From: Verrucomicrobiota bacterium
GTDB lineage: Bacteria; Verrucomicrobiota; Verrucomicrobiia; Verrucomicrobiales; Verrucomicrobiaceae
Length of the DNA stretch: 49,136 nucleotides
Direction: 5' to 3'
Assembly (NCBI GenBank): GCA_046051905.1
Contig: JBJONJ010000452.1
Coordinates: forward strand, 1 to 49,136
Shown: positions 37,861 through 46,959 of the stretch, piece by piece
Layout: every line of letters begins with the position of its first letter
How positions within the stretch are numbered: position 1 is the stretch's first letter
The notes under the pieces: model-generated
The model's database searches: none
What the model saw: only the letters and a program-made list of their open reading frames with translations
Told to the model about the DNA's origin: nothing
Translations under genes and position numbers: made by a program

Positions 37861-39197
37861 TCATGTCCCTCGAAGACACGCTCTACCCGCTGCTTCGTTT
37901 GTATGAAGCGGCACCGCAGCCGGTAAAAACACTGGCGGGCAGAGCGTATCGGGTGATTCCGACCTCGATTCGCCAAGGCGCGGCTTATGAGCGCTTTCGA
38001 CGTGAAGCGAGCGAATCGGAGTCGTGGGATGCCGAAACGACCCGGCGCTATCAAATCGCCGCGATTCGCGATTCGTTGATCGCCGCGCAACGAGCACCGT
38101 TTTACGCGAAACGCTTCGTCGAAGCTGGTGTGAGGCCGGAGAACTTTGAATCGCTGGAGCAACTGGCGGCTTATCCGATACTCACCAAGCAAGACATCAT
38201 CCTGAACCGCGATAGCATGGTCAGCGGTGGGGCCTCGCAACGGCTCGCGATGACCACCGGTGGCTCGAGCGGCGTGCCGGTGAGCTTTTATCTGCACAAG
38301 GGCATCAGTCGTCCAAAGGAGCAGGCCTATCTCGAGGCCACGTGGGCTCGTGCAGGCTATCGACCGGGCGATCGCGTCGCGGTGATCCGCGGTGGAGTGA
38401 CTTCCAGCCGCTCCGATGGCCGCATCGCGACCTTTGATGCCACACGGAACTGGCTGGTGCTTTCGTCGTATCATCTCACGCCCGAGCGACTGCCGGAGTA
38501 TGTGGCTGAGTTGAACCGCTTTCGTCCGCAGCACCTGCACGCCTATCCCAGCGCGGCGCTGATGCTCATGCAGATGGAGGTGAGGCTCGATTTCAAGCTC
38601 ACATCCCTGCTTTGCGGTTCGGAGAAACTCAGCGTGGAGGCTCAAAGGCAGTTAGAAGACCATTTCGAAGCGCCGGTGATGCATTGGTATGGTCACAGCG
38701 AGCGAGCGGTGCTCGCCGCACAGCGTCCGGGAAGCTCCTCGCTGCATTTTTGGCCTGCTTATGGCTTCGTCGAGTTCGGCGAGCAGGATGCGCAAGGGAA
38801 CCGCGAGATCATCGCCACCTCGTTTCAGAACCATGTCATGCCGCTCATCCGCTATCGCACGGCTGACCTGTGGAGCACCGACGAGCATGTGATCGGTCGC
38901 GATTACGAGTTTCTCATCAGCCGCACGGGGCGCCGCATCTCACTCACGGCGATGAACATGCATGATGACCTCTTTGACGGCCTGCTGGCCGTCCAATTCC
39001 ATCAGCATCAGACAGGCGAAGTCGAATGCCATCTTCAACGGGCGCCATCATGGTCCCGTGATCGAGAGGCCATCATCCACGCCGGTTTGGAGCGGAAGCT
39101 GGGTGATGATTTCACGCTCACACTGCGTGTGGTAGATGAAATCGAGAAAACCAGCACCGGGAAGCATCGCTGGCTGGTGGCGACACTGAAACCATGA
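37857..39197 (+). CDS. Phenylacetate-CoA ligase-like adenylate-forming enzyme (CapK-like)
   Basis: PILTKQD, TTGGSSGVP (P-loop), AYPS, WYGHSE, MPLIRYRTAD, TSTGKHR. Confidence 0.85.
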   Translation: MIMSLEDTLYPLLRLYEAAPQPVKTLAGRAYRVIPTSIRQGAAYERFRREASESESWDAETTRRYQIAAIRDSLIAAQRAPFYAKRFVEAGVRPENFESLEQLAAYPILTKQDIILNRDSMVSGGASQRLAMTTGGSSGVPVSFYLHKGISRPKEQAYLEATWARAGYRPGDRVAVIRGGVTSSRSDGRIATFDATRNWLVLSSYHLTPERLPEYVAELNRFRPQHLHAYPSAALMLMQMEVRLDFKLTSLLCGSEKLSVEAQRQLEDHFEAPVMHWYGHSERAVLAAQRPGSSSLHFWPAYGFVEFGEQDAQGNREIIATSFQNHVMPLIRYRTADLWSTDEHVIGRDYEFLISRTGRRISLTAMNMHDDLFDGLLAVQFHQHQTGEVECHLQRAPSWSRDREAIIHAGLERKLGDDFTLTLRVVDEIEKTSTGKHRWLVATLKP

Positions 39198-39937
39198 TCC
39201 CCCGCTTTCACATCCTCGGATCGCCGGTCGATGCGATGAACATGGAGACGTGCTGCGCCTCGGTGGAGCAGGCGCTGGACTCGAAGACGAAGGGCTACGT
39301 CTGTGTGACGGGCGTGCATCAGCTCACGGAGGCGTATGAGCAGCCTGAGTTTCGCAAGGTGCTGGAGAAGGCCTTTCTCATCACGCCGGACGGCATGCCA
39401 CTTTCATGGATCGGCTGGATGAAGGGCTTCCCCAACATGGATCGTGTGTATGGGCCTGATTTGATGCTCGAAGTCATGCGACGTGGTGTGGCGCGAGGCC
39501 GCACGCACTTTTTATATGGTGGCATGCCGGGCGTGGCGGCGGAGTTGAAACAGGCATTGGAGCAAAAGATTCCCGGCGTGAAGATTGTCGGCGCGGAGTG
39601 TCCGCCGTTTCGTCCGCTGACGAGTGACGAGGAGATGGCTTTGATCGAGCAGGTGCGTGGATTGAAGCCTGACATCATCTGGATGGGCATCAGCACGCCG
39701 AAGCAAGACCGCTTCATGCACGCGTATCTCGACCGGTTGGACACCACGCTCATGTTCGGTGTCGGCGCGGCATTTGATTTCCACACGGGCCGCGTGAAGC
39801 AATCGCCGCGCTGGATGCAGCGTCTCGGCCTCGAATGGTTTTACCGCGTCTGCCAGGAGCCGCGGCGGCTCGCTGGTCGCTACTTCCGCAACAACCCGCT
39901 CTTCATCTGGCGGCTGATCAAGGAGGCGCTCTCATGA
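39194..39937 (+). CDS. WecG/TagA/CpsF-family glycosyltransferase
   Basis: PDGMP, RVYGPDLM, PPFRPL, PKQD, GVGAAFDF, LGLEWFYRVCQEPRRL..RY. Confidence 0.92.
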   Translation: MIPRFHILGSPVDAMNMETCCASVEQALDSKTKGYVCVTGVHQLTEAYEQPEFRKVLEKAFLITPDGMPLSWIGWMKGFPNMDRVYGPDLMLEVMRRGVARGRTHFLYGGMPGVAAELKQALEQKIPGVKIVGAECPPFRPLTSDEEMALIEQVRGLKPDIIWMGISTPKQDRFMHAYLDRLDTTLMFGVGAAFDFHTGRVKQSPRWMQRLGLEWFYRVCQEPRRLAGRYFRNNPLFIWRLIKEALS

Positions 39938-42036
39938 AGCAGCTCGCTCAATATCAAGATGGCCGCTTGGAGTTGCAGGAAGTGCCGGTGCCGGCGCTGA
40001 TACCGGGAGGGATTCTCGTGCGCACGACGTGCTCGGTGATCTCGCCGGGCACGGAGCGGATGAAGGTGGAGCAGGCGAAGATGTCGCTGCTCGAAAAGGC
40101 ACGGGCGAGGCCCGATCAGGTGCGCAAGGTGCTCGACACGGCGCGGACGCTCGGCTGGAAAGCGGCGGCGGAGAAAGTGAGGAATCGTTTGGAGTCCCCC
40201 ACACCGCTGGGCTACTCGGCGGCTGGCGTGGTGATGGCGGTGGATGCGCTGAACACGCGTTTTCGTGTGGGAGATCGCGTGGCGTGTGGCGGCGCGGAGT
40301 GTGCGCAGCACGCGGAGGTGATCAGCGTGCCAGATTTGCTGGCGGCGAAGGTGCCGGAAGGTGTGGAAGACTGGCAGGCGGCCTACACGACACTGGCGGC
40401 CATCGCGATGCAGGGCGTGCGGCAGGCGCAGACGCAAATCGGCGAGCGCGTGCTGGTGATTGGGCAAGGGCTCGTGGGACTGCTAACGACGAAGCTGCTG
40501 CAAATTGCCGGTGCTCGCGTGATGGCGGTGGATTTGAATGAGGCACGTCTGGAGACTGCGAAGCAGATGGGCGCGGAACGGGTCGCATCGGCGGATGTGG
40601 CGAACGCGGTGCGTGACTGGACCGGCGGCATGGGCGTGGATGCGGTGCTGCTGTGTGTGGGTGGTCAATCAGCGGAGGTGACGACGCAAGCAGTGGCTTG
40701 TCTGCGGGATCGCGGGACGCTGGTGATTGTGGGCATGCATGATGCGTCGCTGGAATGGAAGACGGCGTTCCAAAAGGACATCACAGTGCGCTACAGTCGC
40801 AGCTATGGACCGGGGAGATATGACCCGAGCTATGAGTGGGGAGGCGTGGATTATCCCGCAGGTTATGTGCGCTGGACGGAGAACCGGAATTTTGAGGCGT
40901 GTCTGGAGCTGATGCGGAGCGGGCGGCTTGATTTGGAGCCGGTGACGACGCGGCGGGTGGGGTTTGGGGATGTCGTTGGAGTTTATGAGCGGCTGGAAGA
41001 CGAGATCGGCGTGATGATCGAGTATTGTAGTCCCGGCTTCAGCCGGTCCGTCGATCAGATGCCAGTTTCGAGTGCAGAACATCCAGACCGCCTAAAGGCG
41101 GGACTACAGAACAGCGTTTCCACCCTTGATGTCGTCGGCGCGGGGAATTTTGTGCGGACGATGCTGCTGCCGCATCTCAAAGGACTCATCGGACTCGGCA
41201 CGGTGGTGAACGGCACAGGGCTTTCGGCGAGGCATGTGAAGGAGAAATTCGGCTTTGCGAAGGCGGCGACGGATTTCGCGGAGGCGACGTCGGAAGCGGT
41301 GATCATCGGGACGCGGCACGATCTGCATGCGGCGATGGTTTTGAAGGCGCTAAAGACCGGGAAGCATGTTTTTGTGGAGAAGCCACTGTGTCTAACGCCG
41401 GATGAATTGGCCGAAATCGGCGCGGCGATGGCTGAAACGAGCGGAAGCGTGATGGTCGGCTTCAACCGGCGTTTTGCGCCAGCGGCGTTGGAGATGAAGA
41501 AGTGGCTCAGTGAGGCTCCGGGGGCGAAGATGATGTCGTATCACGTCGGCGCGGGTGTTTTGGCGGCAGATCATTGGTATGCTGATCCGGCGCAGGGTGG
41601 GCGGATCATCGGCGAAGCCTGTCACATGCTCGATTTTGCGTGTTTCATGCTTGGCAGGCCAGTGCGGGTTTCGGCGCAGAAGACGGGAACGGATTCGGTT
41701 TCGGCGCAGGTGGAGTTTGCGGATGGCTCGACGTTTCAACTGATCTACTCGGCAGAGGGTGACAGCGCGTTTCCGAAGGAAAGCATCCGCGTGTTTGCGA
41801 ACGGCCTCGTGGCGGAGTGCGAGAACTTCATGAAGCTAACGGTTTGGAAGAACCGGAAGGCGAAGGTCACGAAGCACGCGTCGAAAGGTCACGCGGAGGA
41901 GATGGCGGCCTGGCTGGGCTTTTTGAAGGATGGAAAGCCACATCCGCTGCCTAATGCGCCATCGCGGCAGAGCATGCGGCTGACGTTTGCGGTCATGGAG
42001 GCGGTGAAGGGAAATCGAATCATCGAACTGACATGA
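39934..42036 (+). CDS. Bi-domain oxidoreductase (Zn-ADH-like + Gfo/Idh/MocA) of polysaccharide loci
   Basis: ATG at 39934; ISPGTE, LGYSAAG, GQGLVG, SRSYGPGRYD..YVRWTENRN; second domain VVGAGNF, HVFVEKPL, VGFNRRFAP. Confidence 0.9.
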   Translation: MKQLAQYQDGRLELQEVPVPALIPGGILVRTTCSVISPGTERMKVEQAKMSLLEKARARPDQVRKVLDTARTLGWKAAAEKVRNRLESPTPLGYSAAGVVMAVDALNTRFRVGDRVACGGAECAQHAEVISVPDLLAAKVPEGVEDWQAAYTTLAAIAMQGVRQAQTQIGERVLVIGQGLVGLLTTKLLQIAGARVMAVDLNEARLETAKQMGAERVASADVANAVRDWTGGMGVDAVLLCVGGQSAEVTTQAVACLRDRGTLVIVGMHDASLEWKTAFQKDITVRYSRSYGPGRYDPSYEWGGVDYPAGYVRWTENRNFEACLELMRSGRLDLEPVTTRRVGFGDVVGVYERLEDEIGVMIEYCSPGFSRSVDQMPVSSAEHPDRLKAGLQNSVSTLDVVGAGNFVRTMLLPHLKGLIGLGTVVNGTGLSARHVKEKFGFAKAATDFAEATSEAVIIGTRHDLHAAMVLKALKTGKHVFVEKPLCLTPDELAEIGAAMAETSGSVMVGFNRRFAPAALEMKKWLSEAPGAKMMSYHVGAGVLAADHWYADPAQGGRIIGEACHMLDFACFMLGRPVRVSAQKTGTDSVSAQVEFADGSTFQLIYSAEGDSAFPKESIRVFANGLVAECENFMKLTVWKNRKAKVTKHASKGHAEEMAAWLGFLKDGKPHPLPNAPSRQSMRLTFAVMEAVKGNRIIELT
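41027..41107. repeat. REPIN lying in-frame within the oxidoreductase CDS
   Basis: GTAGTCCCGGCTTCAGCCGG (41027-41046) and CCGCCTAAAGGCGGGACTAC (41088-41107, reverse complement GTAGTCCCGCCTTTAGGCGG); 81 nt in total. Confidence 0.85.
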
Positions 42037-43829
42037 CCGCGTTCAGAAAAGTGAGCTGGCTGTGGCACCGCCTGCGGGCGATGCCGCCGCAGGAGATTGC
42101 GGGCCGGGTAAAGGTGAAGGCGCAGGAGTGGACGGCGACGACGACGTTGCGGACGCTGGATGATTTTGTGCTCGGAGCCGTGGAGGTGAGTTCGATGCGG
42201 CTGCCGACGAAAGAGAAGGCCCCAACTGAGCTACGCGAGGCGGTGAAGATGCGCCGGGCGTGGTTGTTTGGCTGGAAAGAGGTGCCGGTGGGCGATGCGC
42301 CAAACTGGAATCTCGATCCGGTGCATGGGGTGGAGGTGCCTGCGGAAGTATTTAATCATCGTGAACTCCCCGAAGGCGCGGATGCACGCTGCGTGTGGGA
42401 GCTTTCGCGATGGAGCGAGGTGGTGCGGCTGGCCCAGGATGGCTGGCTGAATGAGAATCCGGATGCTTTGCGCCTGGCGCAGCGATGGATGAGTGACTGG
42501 CTGGAGAAGAATCCGGCATCCAACGGCATCCACTGGCGCAGTCCGCTCGAAGGGGCGCTGCGGTTGATGAACTTCTGCTGGATCGATGCGTTGGTGAGGG
42601 CGGGTGGTGATGCGGAGATCCTCGCGGAGCAGGATCGTATCGCGCAAGAACTGGTGCCCCTGCATGCGTGGTGGGTGTGGCGGAAGAGGTCGTTTGGATC
42701 GTCGGCGAACAATCACCTGATCGGCGAACTCGCTGCGCTCGTCATGGTGACGCGGCGCTGGCCATCGCTGGCGAAGGTGATCTGCTGCCCGGAGCGGTTG
42801 TGGACGATGCTGGAGGAAGAGGTGTTGCGGCAGTTTGCAGAGGATGGCGGGAACAAGGAGCAGGCGCTGCATTATCATCTCTTTGCCTGGGAGATGGCGT
42901 GGCAGTCAGGTCGCGTGATGGACGGGCTGCACGGAATGATTTTGAAGCGGCTCAAAGATGCGGCGCAGTTCTTCTGTGATGTGAGTCTCGGCGCCTGGGA
43001 CTTTGGCGACAGCGATGATGCACAGGTTACGCCCTTTACGATGGATCGCCGAAACGCGGAGCGTGAATGGCGGGCGTGGCTGCTTGGCGAAGAGAAAGGT
43101 GCCGCGCTGGCTTTCTGGCTGGGTGAAGCACCGCGAGTGACCTCAGCTCTGCGGCAAAAGTGGATCACGCATGCAGAGAGCGGTCACGCGATCTGGCGTG
43201 GTGAAGCGTGGACGGCGCGAGTGGATGCCTCACCGCTTGGTTTTGGCACGCTGGCAGCACATGGGCATCTCGACGCGATGCATGTTTCGCTTTGTAGCAA
43301 TGGCGAGCCGGTGGTGATTGATCCGGGAACGGGCGGTTACTACGGTGATGCGGCTTTGCGGGCCAAACTGGCCGCTTGGGAGGTTCACAATGGACCGGTG
43401 CCGGTTTATGGACGAAGCGTGCCGATGCGTGCAGGGCCGTTTTTGTGGCGTGAGCATCACGATGTGCCGAAGATGGAAATCATGGATGAGGTGTGTGTGG
43501 TACGTTTCGCGTGCGACGGGCCATTTGTGAAGCGGAGCGTGCAAATGGCGGACAGCAGTGCCTGCATCACGGATGAGGTGTGTGGCCGCACGGCACATGC
43601 GGTGGTGTGGCAGCTGGCACCTGAGTGGCGCATCGGCGGCGAGGAGGGGCGTGAGTTCGTTTTGAGTCATCGAGACGGCGCAGAGGTCAAGCTGCACATC
43701 GAAGGGGAGGCGATCCAAGCCTGCGAGGTGGTGCGAAACCAGGTTTCGCCACGATTTGGGCAGGTGGTGAAGGCGGAGGCGGTGCGGGTGACCTTCACGG
43801 ACAAGCTGGTGAGCACGTTCTCACGCTGA
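42033..43829 (+). CDS. Heparinase II/III-family protein
   Basis: WELSRW, SSANNHLIGE, EQALHYH, FGDSDD, AHGHLDAMH, IDPGT..Y, HNG. Confidence 0.85.
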   Translation: MTAFRKVSWLWHRLRAMPPQEIAGRVKVKAQEWTATTTLRTLDDFVLGAVEVSSMRLPTKEKAPTELREAVKMRRAWLFGWKEVPVGDAPNWNLDPVHGVEVPAEVFNHRELPEGADARCVWELSRWSEVVRLAQDGWLNENPDALRLAQRWMSDWLEKNPASNGIHWRSPLEGALRLMNFCWIDALVRAGGDAEILAEQDRIAQELVPLHAWWVWRKRSFGSSANNHLIGELAALVMVTRRWPSLAKVICCPERLWTMLEEEVLRQFAEDGGNKEQALHYHLFAWEMAWQSGRVMDGLHGMILKRLKDAAQFFCDVSLGAWDFGDSDDAQVTPFTMDRRNAEREWRAWLLGEEKGAALAFWLGEAPRVTSALRQKWITHAESGHAIWRGEAWTARVDASPLGFGTLAAHGHLDAMHVSLCSNGEPVVIDPGTGGYYGDAALRAKLAAWEVHNGPVPVYGRSVPMRAGPFLWREHHDVPKMEIMDEVCVVRFACDGPFVKRSVQMADSSACITDEVCGRTAHAVVWQLAPEWRIGGEEGREFVLSHRDGAEVKLHIEGEAIQACEVVRNQVSPRFGQVVKAEAVRVTFTDKLVSTFSR

Positions 43830-43881
43830 GAGGGCCTGTGTCATGCTAATGAGTGATGGCGGTAGCTATGCCTAAAAACAA

Positions 43882-43912
43882 AGCCGGGGTCGCCCCTCAG
43901 CGAACCCCGGCT
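43882..43912 (-). terminator. Rho-independent terminator of the metal-binding gene
   Basis: AGCCGGGG..CCCCGGCT stem, followed on the minus strand by a T-rich tract (TTGTTTTT); lies between convergent genes. Confidence 0.7.
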
Positions 43913-43936
43913 CCGCAATGTTGTTGGTTGCGGTAA

Positions 43937-44440
43937 TTACTGGATGTCTCCAGCGAGTCCTTCTGCGTTCAGAGCGGTGGCCAGCTCGGCCTTGGTGAAC
44001 TCGCCTTCGACGGTGAAGGACTGCGATTTGGCGACGATGTCGTGCTTGGTGATACCGGAAACATTCTTCACTGCAGCGATGGCGGCATCAGCGCATTTTT
44101 TGCAGCAGAGATGCACGCCGCTAACGGTGGCCTTGGTGATTTTGGACTCGGGCTTGGAGGCGGTTTTGAAAGCGGTGGATTCTTCGCCTTCCACTTTGCC
44201 GAAGTAACCGGCGGCGATGATGGCCTCGATGGCCTTCTTGGCATCGGTCTTCTTCTTCGTCGTGATGGTGACGGTCTTGCCCTCGGTGGTGACGGTGACA
44301 TCCTTGCCGACGCTGGTGCCGGCCTTGACGATGCCGTTGGTGCAACTCTTGCAGCAGTTATGCACGCCGGTCATGGTGACGGTGGTTTCGGCTTGAGCGA
44401 GCGTGGTGACGGCAAGGAGAGTAATGAGGAGGTGCTTCAT
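43937..44440 (-). CDS. Exported protein with two heavy-metal-associated (HMA)-like domains
   Basis: Signal peptide MKHLLITLLAVTTLAQA; repeated GVHNCCKSC and GVHLCCKKC motifs in ferredoxin-like repeats. Confidence 0.8.
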   Translation of the reverse strand: MKHLLITLLAVTTLAQAETTVTMTGVHNCCKSCTNGIVKAGTSVGKDVTVTTEGKTVTITTKKKTDAKKAIEAIIAAGYFGKVEGEESTAFKTASKPESKITKATVSGVHLCCKKCADAAIAAVKNVSGITKHDIVAKSQSFTVEGEFTKAELATALNAEGLAGDIQ

Positions 44441-44936
44441 GCGTGGGCTGAGACGTTAGCACCGAACACTTTCTTAGCACTAATTGATTTTCGACCTCAT
44501 TCACGAGCCTGGCCGACATTGTCGGTGCAATACGCGCGAAGCTCATGTGGCGGGGCCCAGGCCTCTGTGTCGGCCAAGTTGTCATACAGCCAGCGAATTT
44601 CAGCACGACCTTCTGCCACCCAGGTTCATTGCTGCTACTCGAATAATCACCTTGGCCTGGGAATATTGGAAACTCAAATCCCAATCCTACCCGCCTTGGC
44701 GTTCAAGTGACGTGACATGGTGAGGGCCTTTTCATGATGGTGCAAACAGAACGATAGTTCTTTGGATCTATGGTGGAAAACCTAAATCACTCCACTCCAC
44801 CAACTTCCATGTCGGCTGCCACGAAAAGTCGGTCGCGAAATCCGCGCCGCTTACCGGCGGCAAAATTCAGCTCGTCAAACCTTGGGCACGCAAAAGCCTG
44901 GAGGAGTGGTGCAGGCACTAGCTGGTGCTGCCTACC

Positions 44937-46061
44937 TCAAGCTCCTCCGCCAATGGTGATCCGTTTCTCCGGGATCGGTGACTCGATGATCCCCTCGCTG
45001 GTTTCCTGCTTCAGCCGGAGCTGACCGCAGGCCGCGGCGATGTCGTGGCCCTTCTCCCGGCGCAGCGTCGCCGTCACTCCTGCCGAGGTCAGCACCTCCA
45101 AAAAGGCATCCTGACGCTGCTCGGACGGCCGTTTCCAAGGCAGGCCGTCCACGGTGTTGTAGGGAATGAGGTTCACCTTCGCGTTCACGCTCCTCGCCCG
45201 TTTGGCTAGCATCCGGGCCTGATCGAGGCTGTCATTCACGTCCTCGATCAGGATGAATTCGAAGGTGAGGAACTGCTTCCGCTTCGCATTCCAGGCCTCC
45301 AGCGCCTCAAAAAGCTCCGCCAGCGGGTATTTGCGGTTCACCGGCATGATTTCATTCCGCACCGGATCGCTCGCCCCGTGCAGCGAGATGGCCAGGCGGA
45401 TCTGCAGCGGAAAATCCGCCAGCTTGTGGATCTGTGGCGCCAGCCCGCTCGTGCTCACCGTCATGTGCCGCGCCCCGATGCCGATGCCCCACTCCGCGTT
45501 CAGGATCTCGATGGCTTTGATGAGGTTCGAAAAATTCGCCAGCGGCTCGCCCATGCCCATGAAGACCAGGTTGTCCACCCGCTCGCCCGTGTGCGCCTCC
45601 ACCTGCACGATCTGCTCCACGATCTCCCCCGCCATTAGATTCCGCGTGAAGCCCGCGAGCCCGCTGGCGCAGAATTTGCAGTCATACGCGCAGCCCACCT
45701 GGCTCGACACACAGAGCGTCCGCCGGTCCGATTTGCCGCCGTAAAGCGCCGGATTCGCCGGGATGAGCACCGTTTCCACATAGCGACCATCGTTCAGCTT
45801 CAGCAGAAACTTCCGCGTCGTATCCGCCGAGCCGCTCACCGTGGCGATGGACATCGACCGCGTCACCAGCCGCTCCTTCAGCCGCTCTCGCAACGCCTTC
45901 GGGAGGTTCGTCATCGCCTCGATGTCCGCCACGCGACGCACAAACGTCCACTCCACCACCTGCTTCGCCCGGAAACCCGGCTCGCCCATCTCCTTGATCA
46001 AAGCCTCCACCTCCCCCGGCGTCATGCCGAGGAGGGATTGGGGCGTCTTTTTGTCAGTCAT
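44937..46061 (-). CDS. rlmN: 23S rRNA/tRNA m2A methyltransferase RlmN (radical SAM)
   Basis: CVSSQVGCAYDCKFCASG, FMGMGEPL, LAISLHG, VNLIPYN, IAAACGQL. Confidence 0.95.
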   Translation of the reverse strand: MTDKKTPQSLLGMTPGEVEALIKEMGEPGFRAKQVVEWTFVRRVADIEAMTNLPKALRERLKERLVTRSMSIATVSGSADTTRKFLLKLNDGRYVETVLIPANPALYGGKSDRRTLCVSSQVGCAYDCKFCASGLAGFTRNLMAGEIVEQIVQVEAHTGERVDNLVFMGMGEPLANFSNLIKAIEILNAEWGIGIGARHMTVSTSGLAPQIHKLADFPLQIRLAISLHGASDPVRNEIMPVNRKYPLAELFEALEAWNAKRKQFLTFEFILIEDVNDSLDQARMLAKRARSVNAKVNLIPYNTVDGLPWKRPSEQRQDAFLEVLTSAGVTATLRREKGHDIAAACGQLRLKQETSEGIIESPIPEKRITIGGGA

Positions 46062-46067
46062 GGCAGA

Positions 46068-46922
46068 TCACTTTTTCCATTGGCCGAACGCCCCGCAGGC
46101 GACGGGTGGCACGCCCTCGGCGCCGCGCAGCAGAAGCTCGCCGCACTCGAAGGAGCCGCCAAAGATGCTCAGCTCGTGTTTGAGGAGGTTTTGCAGCGTC
46201 GTCGGGGAAAGGTTGCCCTGGCGGCAGACCACCACGAGGCCCAGAGGCGTGTCGCTGACCAGTCCGCTGGCTGTGGCGATGAGCGGGGCCAGATCACGCT
46301 CCGGCTCGAAGCCATGCTTTGCCTCCCGCGAACTGTGCGGATCGACAATGACCAGGTCATGACGGGCGTTCTGCGCCTTTTCACGCTGCGCAAACTTCAC
46401 CGGATCCTCCAGCACCCAGCGGATGTCCCGGCTGGCGAGCGCGGCAGCATTGAGCGCGACATTCTCACGAGCACGTGAAAGCGATTCCTGATGGGCCTCC
46501 ACATGCGCCACGCTCGCTCCGCCCAGTGCCGCGGCCATCGTGTGCCCGCCCACGCCGCCATAGAGGTGCAGCACCCGTGCCGGACGACGCATCTTGGTCG
46601 AAAAAGCCGCGCACATCGCCGTGACACGGTCCCACGACTCGCTGAGCTCCGGCCCGAGAGCCCGCGGGCTGCCTCCAGCACCACCGATCAAAAACACCAA
46701 CTGGCCGAAACGCACTTTCAGCGGCTGCCTCAGGTTCCGTTTGAAGTCGAGCGCCTTCTTCCAGTCGCCACCCGGCAATTTGCGCCGCCACCAGATTTGC
46801 TGGCCCTGCCTCGCGAACACAGACGGCCCCCATTTTTCGAGCACACGGCCTCCCCCGCTGTCCAGCAGCTCGTAATTTTCGTTCGGGGCATCCGTGGGTT
46901 GCGTTTCGTTCATCTGCGCCAT
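46068..46922 (-). CDS. RlmI/RlmK-like class I SAM-dependent methyltransferase (divergent)
   Basis: From the ATG at 46922: YELLDSGGG..EKWG, VLHLYGGVGG, ARENVALN, DLVIVDP. The longer track ORF overlaps the next gene and was trimmed. Confidence 0.7.
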   Translation of the reverse strand: MAQMNETQPTDAPNENYELLDSGGGRVLEKWGPSVFARQGQQIWWRRKLPGGDWKKALDFKRNLRQPLKVRFGQLVFLIGGAGGSPRALGPELSESWDRVTAMCAAFSTKMRRPARVLHLYGGVGGHTMAAALGGASVAHVEAHQESLSRARENVALNAAALASRDIRWVLEDPVKFAQREKAQNARHDLVIVDPHSSREAKHGFEPERDLAPLIATASGLVSDTPLGLVVVCRQGNLSPTTLQNLLKHELSIFGGSFECGELLLRGAEGVPPVACGAFGQWKK

Positions 46923-46959
46923 CACTGCACCGCTGCCCTTCCGGCTCAAGAACCTTTCC

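Noticed and set aside
44456-44482. Possible CIRCE element (TTAGCAC)
   Set aside because: The two copies are direct, not inverted as CIRCE requires.
43830-44736. GAGGGCCT..TCATG occurring on both sides of the metal-binding gene (near 43830 and 44722), as possible insertion ends
   Set aside because: The match is short and gapped, with no transposase or target duplication; compatible with chance.
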